Shown one piece after another: positions 50,224 through 57,800 of a stretch of DNA of 64,000 nt. Numbering within the stretch: position 1 is the stretch's first letter; every line of letters begins with the position of its first letter. A program made the position numbers and the translations under genes. The notes beneath the pieces were generated by a model, which worked only from the letters and a program-made list of their open reading frames with translations, was not told the origin of the DNA and made no database searches. Origin of the DNA: Thermoplasmata archaeon (lineage in GTDB: Archaea > Thermoplasmatota > Thermoplasmata > Lutacidiplasmatales > UBA184). The stretch lies in contig DAHXNZ010000001.1 of assembly GCA_027365105.1 (NCBI GenBank), positions 35,290 through 99,289 of the forward strand, given 5' to 3'.

Positions 50224-50388
50224 CCCCATGCTTTGCGCTTTTCCTTCCACCTCTGCCGCTCTCGCCCCCCAACCCATCCCATCCCATCCCCGGTCCGCCC
50301 CGCGTACACCACACCACCACCCACCCACCGCAACGGCACCGCACCTAACCACCCCAGCTAGCTCACGTCAGAGAAGCCGAAAGACATG

Positions 50389-50500
50389 GTCCCAACCGGG
50401 GTTGAACCCCGGTTCCCCAACCCCGGTTGCGAACCGGGGTTCACGTCAGACGGAGGGCTTCCTTGGACGCTGAATCCATGGCCCCAACCCCGGTTGGGAC
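50389..50500. repeat. five AACCCCGGTT iteron/operator-like copies bounded by a 16-bp inverted repeat
   Basis: copies at 50394(-), 50405(+), 50419(+), 50432(-), 50486(+); GTCCCAACCGGGGTTG (50389-50404) is the exact reverse complement of 50485-50500. Confidence 0.85.
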
Positions 50501-51044
50501 AGTGCCTAAGGGGCTAAAGGGACACGTTCCCCACGGCCGAGAGAAGGAGTGGGAAAAGGTCGGCCGGACGGTCTCAGTTCAGCTGACAGCACCGGTAGAG
50601 TTGATCCAATGGCTCCGCTCTAACGGCTACGTCCTGTCGAGGGTGTTCCAGGAGGCTGGGTCTCGCCTCATGAACGGCGGGGATCTGGACCGTATCGGCA
50701 AGCAGATCGAGTTTCACCGCGAGCAGGTAACGATCCTTGAGGCCGCGCTATCGAAGCTGAAGGAGCGGCGTGATGAGATGGATGCCGTCGCGTCAGCGGA
50801 GAGGGCTCGCCTCGCCGAAATCCAGGAGTTGACGGCGTTATTTTGGGAGGAGGGCCGCGGCGACTCCCGCCATTACAGCAGGCGAGCGAACCTCGCATGG
50901 TTGGAGGGGCGGGTCTCGAGTTCTAAGTCGCTGAGGGGGTCGAGTGCGGAAGACATTCTCGACCTCGTGCTGGCCGGTGGGGATCGCCCCGACGGGAACG
51001 TCCGCAGCGGCCAATGCTCCAGGGCAGCGGAGGGATCGCGATGA
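50478..51044 (+). CDS. ribbon-helix-helix-like DNA-binding protein with a coiled coil
   Basis: TVSVQLTAPVELIQWLRSNGYVLSRVFQEA (strand-helix-G-helix) followed by heptads. Confidence 0.6.
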   Translation: MAPTPVGTVPKGLKGHVPHGREKEWEKVGRTVSVQLTAPVELIQWLRSNGYVLSRVFQEAGSRLMNGGDLDRIGKQIEFHREQVTILEAALSKLKERRDEMDAVASAERARLAEIQELTALFWEEGRGDSRHYSRRANLAWLEGRVSSSKSLRGSSAEDILDLVLAGGDRPDGNVRSGQCSRAAEGSR

Positions 51045-51604
51045 CCAACGGCACTCTGGGAGACATCGTGCCTGTTTCTGGCAGGGGGTCGAGGGAGTGG
51101 GTAAACGGCTGGCTCCGCCGGTACCACTACCTCGGGGCTCTCCCTGGATGGCGGTACGCAGCTGCCCTGCGAAAACCCGAAAACGACCTCCTATGGGACG
51201 GTGTGGTCGTCGTCGGAACGCCTGCCAGCTGGGTGCTCGCCAGTAGAGATTTCCTCGAGGTGCGCCGACTCGCACTTCATCCGGGTGCCCCGAAGAACGC
51301 GGGATCCTACCTACTCGGTCACGTCAAGCGGTGGGCAGCGCGCAATGGGGTCCCTCGCCTGGTCTCCTATGCCGACCCTGCGGCGCGGGGCCCGACGAAC
51401 TGCCCGGGGAACGAGCACCGAGGAATGGTGTATCTCGCGGCGGGGTTCCGTTCCGATGGGCCATCGAGCGACCACTCTCGGGAGAAGATCTCGGGATCCC
51501 GAGCCGGGCGTCGGGGAGCGGCTTACCTCACGGGTCACTTGGGCCCGAAGCTTCGGTTTGTCTGGGAAGCAGCCCCAAACGGGCAGGATGGCGGTGCCCC
51601 ATGA
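51041..51604 (+). CDS. Mom-family (GNAT-fold) DNA adenine modification protein
   Basis: YHYLG, GVVVVGTP, LEVRRL, PKNAGSYLL, LVSYADP, HRGMVYLAAGF motifs characteristic of Mu Mom-like proteins. Confidence 0.8.
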   Translation: MTNGTLGDIVPVSGRGSREWVNGWLRRYHYLGALPGWRYAAALRKPENDLLWDGVVVVGTPASWVLASRDFLEVRRLALHPGAPKNAGSYLLGHVKRWAARNGVPRLVSYADPAARGPTNCPGNEHRGMVYLAAGFRSDGPSSDHSREKISGSRAGRRGAAYLTGHLGPKLRFVWEAAPNGQDGGAP

Positions 51605-51894
51605 CACGCACGGTCTGCCTCTCCGATCTGACCGATAGGGAGAAGGACAACACTATCCTCGTCCTTGCCGGATACGCCAGAGCCCTGAAGGCCCTCGTGG
51701 AGGAGGCAGCCGCGACAAACGGACGGCTTGAGCGCCAATTGGACCAGCTGCTCGAGGACTACGGGCCGCGTCTGGCGTTCCTCGAGACCAGCTACCGTCG
51801 ATCCGTACTCAGCAAGCAGGACGCGGCCGCTGAGGCGACGCGGAATGACCGCTTCTGGGGGCGGTTGCGAGGGCCAGGAGGGGGGCAGTCATGA
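51601..51894 (+). CDS. coiled-coil hypothetical protein (97 aa)
   Basis: ATGA overlaps at both ends; heptad pattern. Confidence 0.65.
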   Translation: MTRTVCLSDLTDREKDNTILVLAGYARALKALVEEAAATNGRLERQLDQLLEDYGPRLAFLETSYRRSVLSKQDAAAEATRNDRFWGRLRGPGGGQS

Positions 51895-52058
51895 GCCTCG
51901 AGTGGATCCTCGCGGCCTTCGAAGGCGTAGCCCGGGGCGGCATCAGCGACTGGGCGGCCATCCTGGCCGTGGATGGAGCTCTCCTCTTAGGGGTCTGGGC
52001 CGGGTATCTGTTGGGTCGGAACGGCTCGGGACGGAACTACTGGAGGCCGGGGGCATGA
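51891..52058 (+). CDS. small single-TM protein (55 aa; below the ORF-track cutoff)
   Basis: MSLEWILAAFEGVARGGISDWAAILAVDGALLLGVWAGYLLGRNGSGRNYWRPGA; ATGA overlaps on both sides. Confidence 0.65.
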   Translation: MSLEWILAAFEGVARGGISDWAAILAVDGALLLGVWAGYLLGRNGSGRNYWRPGA

Positions 52059-52507
52059 GTCGCCGCACCGTGACCGCCGTGGACGCGTTCTGCGGAGCCG
52101 GTGGTGGAGAACCCCGACCCCGCCGCGACCCGATCCCCTTCCACCCGCGATTCAACGAGGCGATCCTTCGGGGCGAGAAAACGGTAACTCGCCGCTTCCG
52201 GCCTCGACACGTAGATCAATGGCTGCGAGCGAAGAACCCGGTCGAGGGGAGGCGCCCCGACAAGTGGCCGGGGTTTGCGGATCTGGTTGTCACCGACTGC
52301 AGATCCGTTCGGCTCCAGTCGATCGACAAGCAGGAGGCGAGGCTTGAGGGTCTCGGCTCGGTCTACGAGTTTGAGCAGGTATGGCGCCAGCTCTACGAAA
52401 GGGACCCGTACCGCCGGTGGGAGCGTAACCCGCCGGTCTTCCGGATCGAGTTCAGGTGCGTTTCGCCCCCGGCAGTGCGGTTCGTGCCGCTGGAAGTCGA
52501 GGCGTGA
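52055..52507 (+). CDS. ASCH-domain protein with an N-terminal C5-MTase motif I remnant
   Basis: AVDAFCGAGG, then F...F.EAILRGEKTVTRR, RLQSI...EA..EG, NPPVFRIEF. Confidence 0.8.
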   Translation: MSRRTVTAVDAFCGAGGGEPRPRRDPIPFHPRFNEAILRGEKTVTRRFRPRHVDQWLRAKNPVEGRRPDKWPGFADLVVTDCRSVRLQSIDKQEARLEGLGSVYEFEQVWRQLYERDPYRRWERNPPVFRIEFRCVSPPAVRFVPLEVEA

Positions 52508-52787
52508 AGCCTCTAAGACAACCCGATGTGTAGAGAGCTGGACGGGGCGCCAATCGGCCCGAACGAATCGCGAAAGCGAGGTCTTGGCGGACGTAGGCGG
52601 CGTTCCTCCTCTCACGCTGTTCTGAGCCGCCCCGGCGCCCCGCCCCTAGGCATCCACTCCATGCGGAGAGTTTTTCCCTACGAGTTTCATCAACAGGACG
52701 TGTGTGGCGGGCGGATACGCCACACACACCGCCCGCCCCGCACCCAGAGAGAACGATGCGGGAACGAGAGTTGAGCGGGGGCCTGCG

Positions 52788-53504
52788 GTGAGTGAGAAGG
52801 GGAAATCGAAGGGGCAGCGGCTGTTCATCTTCGCTTTCGCGGCGGTGATCGTGGCGTTGGTCATGGTCCCGGTCGCCGCGTCGATCGGGAGCTCGCTGGC
52901 GGCCCCGTTCGACAACAGCGTCGTGCTCAGCGGGCAGAGCGGTGTCACATCGATCTGGGCCAACGATACCTATCAGATTCCCTTCACGCAGAACACCACC
53001 AGCCACGCCTACGAGTTCTCGTACCCTGCCACCTACTACTCGGCCTACCTTGTGACGAATCTCACTGTCGAGGAGCTCCAGGCCTACTCCGTGGGTTCTC
53101 TCGTCCTGGACACCTCGGACAGCGGTGCAGGTAACGTCACATTCGGTCTCGGAACCAACGCGGCCACATTCACGCCGTATGCCCTGGTTCCCGCCAGCAA
53201 GATGTCATCGGTTACGATCGCGCTCTCTCCTGCGTGGCTGCTCGGGAACCAAAGCGAGCACGTGATGCTCGAGGTGGCCACCTCCGTGGTGACCCTTTCC
53301 GTATCCGTTGCCGCCCACGGTAACACTGGGCTCTCCTCGTGGTTTGGACCCGCGCTCGCCGAGAATGTCGGCTACATTCTGGGAGGTATCGCGATCTTCG
53401 GGTTCGGGCTGCTCGCGATGCCCTGGGCTGACATCGACATCCGCAAGATCAGGGGGACGGCCAGCATGCTCACGCGTCGGCGCGCCACCCGGAGGTCCCG
53501 CTGA
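52788..53504 (+). CDS. membrane glycoprotein (N-terminal signal/TM, beta-rich domain, C-terminal TM, basic tail)
   Basis: GTG start; sequons NDT, NTT, NLT, NVT, NQS; C-terminal TM followed by RRRATRRSR. Confidence 0.75.
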   Translation: MSEKGKSKGQRLFIFAFAAVIVALVMVPVAASIGSSLAAPFDNSVVLSGQSGVTSIWANDTYQIPFTQNTTSHAYEFSYPATYYSAYLVTNLTVEELQAYSVGSLVLDTSDSGAGNVTFGLGTNAATFTPYALVPASKMSSVTIALSPAWLLGNQSEHVMLEVATSVVTLSVSVAAHGNTGLSSWFGPALAENVGYILGGIAIFGFGLLAMPWADIDIRKIRGTASMLTRRRATRRSR

Positions 53505-53950
53505 TGGCTCGGATCCGCATTGCAGGAGCCGCCCGGAACTGGGACCTTGGGGCGATCATCGTTGCCGTGATCGCCAGTCTCCTGTTCGCGGTCTCACTGC
53601 TCTCGCGCCCCCAGGTGGTCATTCTGAACCACACGGTCGTGATCAGTCAGGGTCTCGTTGTTCCCGCCATCCTAGTCGGGGCGCTCTTCTGGGCCGCGAT
53701 AGAAGTGATGACGCCCCCGGGGAAGGGGATCGCCGACCTGCTGATCCGGTCGTTGGTGGGGTTCATCATCGGTGGGATTGTCGGTGGTATCCTAGGCTAT
53801 TCGTTCAGCTTCGGCGATTACCTCCTCGCCCCGGCCTTCGCCGGGAATGCGGGCGCGATCTTCGAGCTCGTCGCGATCCTGTTCCTCGGCATGGTGGTGA
53901 TCTGGGACGCGGCCTGGTCTCATCGCCGCCAATACGTGAGGTGGCAGTAG
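53504..53950 (+). CDS. 4-TM membrane protein
   Basis: highly hydrophobic; GxxxG motifs (GFIIGGIVGGILG); TGATG overlap. Confidence 0.75.
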   Translation: MARIRIAGAARNWDLGAIIVAVIASLLFAVSLLSRPQVVILNHTVVISQGLVVPAILVGALFWAAIEVMTPPGKGIADLLIRSLVGFIIGGIVGGILGYSFSFGDYLLAPAFAGNAGAIFELVAILFLGMVVIWDAAWSHRRQYVRWQ

Positions 53951-53951
53951 G

Positions 53952-54242
53952 ATGTCCAGCAACATCGGCCAGACGATCTTCAACTCGATCTGGCAGCTCC
54001 TGCTGGGGTTTCTGCAGACGATCCTCGGCGGGGTTGCGAACGCGTTCACCGGCGTCTTTGGAGCGTTCGCCGGGGGCCTGGACACCATGTTCGAGGGCTG
54101 GGGCTACGCCCTCGGGGCATACGGGATCTGGGGCCCCCTGATGACGGTAGTGAGCCTCGCGATCGCCGGCCTCGTGGGCTACCTTTTCCTCGATTTCATG
54201 GACGCGGAGAAGGACCTCTCGGAAGACGAAGAAGAGGCATAG
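53952..54242 (+). CDS. small amphipathic/TM protein, tandem paralog A
   Basis: amphipathic helix, WGYALGAYGIWGP, TM, LD, acidic tail. Confidence 0.75.
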   Translation: MSSNIGQTIFNSIWQLLLGFLQTILGGVANAFTGVFGAFAGGLDTMFEGWGYALGAYGIWGPLMTVVSLAIAGLVGYLFLDFMDAEKDLSEDEEEA

Positions 54243-54251
54243 GGGAGGTCC

Positions 54252-54512
54252 GTGAGCTTCGTCTACGAGCTACTGCAGCTGCTCTACGGGTTCGCCAGCT
54301 CGTTCATGGCACTCGTAGCCGACACGTTCAATGGGACCCTCTACGCGGTCGACGGAGCGCTGAGCGCCATCCTGTACCAGTGGGGCTACACTGTCGGGCA
54401 GTATGGATTCTGGGTCCCGATCCTGATCGTGGCGGGACTCGGCGTCACAGCGACGGCTTCGTACGCGGTGCTCGACCTTACTGACGGAGCGCGGACCGCC
54501 TTGGGGTACTGA
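54252..54512 (+). CDS. small amphipathic/TM protein, tandem paralog B
   Basis: GGAGG RBS; WGYTVGQYGFWVP, TM, LD. Confidence 0.75.
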   Translation: MSFVYELLQLLYGFASSFMALVADTFNGTLYAVDGALSAILYQWGYTVGQYGFWVPILIVAGLGVTATASYAVLDLTDGARTALGY

Positions 54513-54514
54513 CA

Positions 54515-54838
54515 ATGTCGTGCGACCCTTCCAACCCCTTCACGTGGCTCCAGTGCGTTACCGGGGGGGTTACCCAGGCCTTTCTCACCGAGTTCGAGAA
54601 CGCGGCCCTCTACGTCACCGCGAGCCTGCTGAGCACGATCCTTGGGGTGATGCAGTCTCTCTCCACAGTATGGTTGGGAATGATGTCGGAGCTCCTGGGG
54701 CTGTGGGAGAGCATCGCGGAAGTTCTCGGGCCTCTCTCTGCCCCGGTGTTTCTGGTCTTCCTCGTGATCACGTCTGCGGGGCTGATCCTGGCACTGGATC
54801 TCGCGAAGGACACTCCCGTCCTGGACATGTTCGTGTGA
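54515..54838 (+). CDS. small amphipathic/TM protein, tandem paralog C
   Basis: N-terminal Cys pair, amphipathic helix, LGPLSAP, TM, LD. Confidence 0.7.
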   Translation: MSCDPSNPFTWLQCVTGGVTQAFLTEFENAALYVTASLLSTILGVMQSLSTVWLGMMSELLGLWESIAEVLGPLSAPVFLVFLVITSAGLILALDLAKDTPVLDMFV

Positions 54839-54848
54839 GGGTGTCAAG

Positions 54849-57800
54849 ATGCGCGTTCGGCTGCTCGCCCTTCTCCTGGCTTCCTCCGCGGTTCTGATGG
54901 GTCTCGTGGTAGTGCCAAGCGCCTCGGGGGCGACTGGGCCATGTTCTGGGGCGACCCCGCCGGTGTTTGCCGTCTACGCGTCGCCGAATCCGGTGCACGT
55001 GGGCGCCACGACAGTCCTCTCGTTGGACCTCACCGGCCTTGGGAGCAGCACCCCGGACACCGTAACGTGGTACGTCCAGAACGGAGGCAACGGATCTCTG
55101 ACCGAGGTCCAGACTAAGACGGTCGCAAGGGCCGCCAATTACACGTACAACTGGACGGCTCTGGGAGGTTATCCGGACTGGGAGGGCACCGTGGTCGGCG
55201 CCACGGGATGCGCGGTAACCCATCTGACCGGTATCACGGAGATCGGGGGCATCTCCGTCTCGCTTTCGCAGTCCAAGGACCAGGTAGACGAGGGAGCCAC
55301 CGTTAGTTACAGCGCAACAGTCTCTGGCGGGTCGTCCTATACGTATCGCTGGACCGGGTGCTCGTCGAGCACGGCGACCTGCAGCCATACCTTCACCTCT
55401 ACTGGGTCCTTCTCGGTCACTGTCCAAGCGACTGACTCGGCGGGGAGCACCAACGCCTCGAGTGTGACTACCCGAGTGTTCCCGGCCCTGTCGCTGCGCC
55501 TCTCTGCGATCCCCAACTCCGCCGACGTGTCGACAGTCATCGAATGGACGGCCGCCGCCACCGGTGGCAGCGGAGCCTACGAATTCGGAGGTGCCCCGGG
55601 GGGAGGGGCGATCAGCTACGCCGGTACGCAGGGCGCGGTCACCGTATGCGGTTCCCAGTCCTCCTACACCGCGCCGAGCGAGCTCAACTGCAGCGCGGTC
55701 ATGGGATCCAATGTCCAACCGGGAACCATCCAGTCCACGGCATGCGTGACGGACGCGACAGGTGAATCGGCCTGTGGGAGCGCCTATGTGGACATCCATG
55801 CCGACCCGTCTGCGGTCATCGGTGGCCCGATGTACGTCGACGTCGGGACCCCGGCGACCTGGCAAGGATTTGCGATCAACGGAACGGCCCCATTCAATTA
55901 CACCTGGTCCGCGGGGGCCGGGACAATCGGGACTGCCGAGAACCTGACCTATTCTTTCGCGAGCCCGGGCCAATATACGCTCAGGCTTCAGGTCGCCGAT
56001 TCGGCAACCAGGACGGCTGAGGCGAACCTCTCGGTTACCGTCTTCTCCGATCCGGTCGTGTCGGCAACCAACAACCTCACCTCGACCGGCGGGAAGGCCG
56101 ACATAGGGTTCCCAGTCGGGTTCTCCTCGACAGCGAGTGGCGGGGTCGGCGGCTACACGTATCGGTGGGTCCTCAACGGGGTGGTCGTCGGCAACTCGTC
56201 CAGCCTTTCGCGGAGCTTTGGGTCCCCGGGGACCTACACGCTCATCGCTCGAGTAACTGATTCTGCGGGGACGGTAGAGTCAGCGGATACCACCGTCACG
56301 ATTGTCGCCAACCCATCCGTTACCGCTTCGTCGACTCCTTCGGTGGTCGACAGCGGCTCGACAGCGCAGATTCAGGCCACCGTCACCGGCGGGACCGGGG
56401 CGGTGAGCTATTCGTGGTCCATCGCAGGCGTAGAAGTTTCCACGAGCCCGTCCTTTTCTCACGCGTTCGGCAGTGTCGGGAACTACTCCGTCAGCGTTAC
56501 AGTCACCGATCAGGACGGCCACACCGCGTCCTCGCAGATCACCGTCCAAGTGGTACCGGACCCTTCCGTTACGATCGGGATCACACCCGACCCTGCGGAT
56601 GTTGGGATTGCCGTCGTGTTCGTCGGTAACGCCTCCGGCGGTGTCGGCCCCTACAACTGGACTTGGACCATTGGGAGCCATACCCGATACGGGCAGCGCG
56701 TGGTCGTGGCCTTCAACGCGTCCGGAGCCCACTCGGTCCGCCTCGAGCTGTCTGACTCCGAGAGTGTTACCGCGACCTCCAGCACCAGCCTCGCCGTAAA
56801 CGCGGACCCGCAAGTGCAGGTGTCGGCAGAGTTCGGAACTGTCGACCAAGGGGTCAACGACACATTCAGCGCCGAAACGCTGGGCGGCTCTCCACCGATC
56901 AACTACACCTGGTCGGTCAACGGATCAGTTCGGGGCTGGGGATCCCAGTTCGTAGCGGCCTTCGGAGCGGTCGGGCATTACAACGTGTCGGTAGTGGCCA
57001 CGGACGGTCTCGGACTGGTTTCCCGAGGGTATCAGGTCGTTACCGTCACGGCAGCCCCCGAGGTGGAGATCATCGGACCCACCAAGGTCGACTACGGAGT
57101 GGCCGCGAGCTGGATCGCCAACGGATCTCTCGGGACTGCGCCCTACAACTACACGTGGGAGGTCCAGCAATCGGTGGCGGGCTACGGGGCCATCTTCCGC
57201 CACTCGTTCTCCGCGGTGGGCTCCCTGACACTCGGCCTCGTCCTCACGGACTCCCAGGGCGGGAGGGCCTGGGCGAACGTCACAGTCGTCGTGGCGGCGT
57301 TCCCGACTGCGGTGGTAACCGCCAATGTGACAGCCACGGATCTCGGGATACCGGTCGCGGCCACATGTCAGGTATCCGGGGGGAGCGCGCCCTACCAATA
57401 CGAGTGGATCGTTGGCGGATCCACTGCCGGGAGCGAGTCTTCTGTGACGTTCACCGGATCCCGAGCCGGCAGCATCGTGGCGGAATGCATCGTCACGGAC
57501 GCAGCCGGTGCCCGCGCTACAGCGAACGACACCACGCAGATCAATCCCTCCCCCTCGGTGTCGTTTGCGATTCCATCTCCCAACCTCGACCCCAACACCA
57601 CCGTTACGCTCACCGCCAGCGCCTCCAACGGGACACCGGCGTACTCGTACGTCTGGATGGTAGATGGTTCCGTAGTCTCCCGATCTCGGACCGCGAACCT
57701 CACGTTCGGCGCCCCGGGATCCTACACGGTCGAGCTCGAGGTAATCGACGCCGTCGGAGCAATCGCGACGGAGACTCGGTCGGTTGCGGTGCAGCCCTAC

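Noticed and set aside
50389-50500. CRISPR array
   Set aside because: The repeats are 10 bp, mixed in orientation and nearly adjacent, with no spacers or cas genes; no CRISPR array seen in the window.
52055-52110. functional DNA cytosine methyltransferase
   Set aside because: Only motif I is present; the catalytic PC and ENV motifs are absent.
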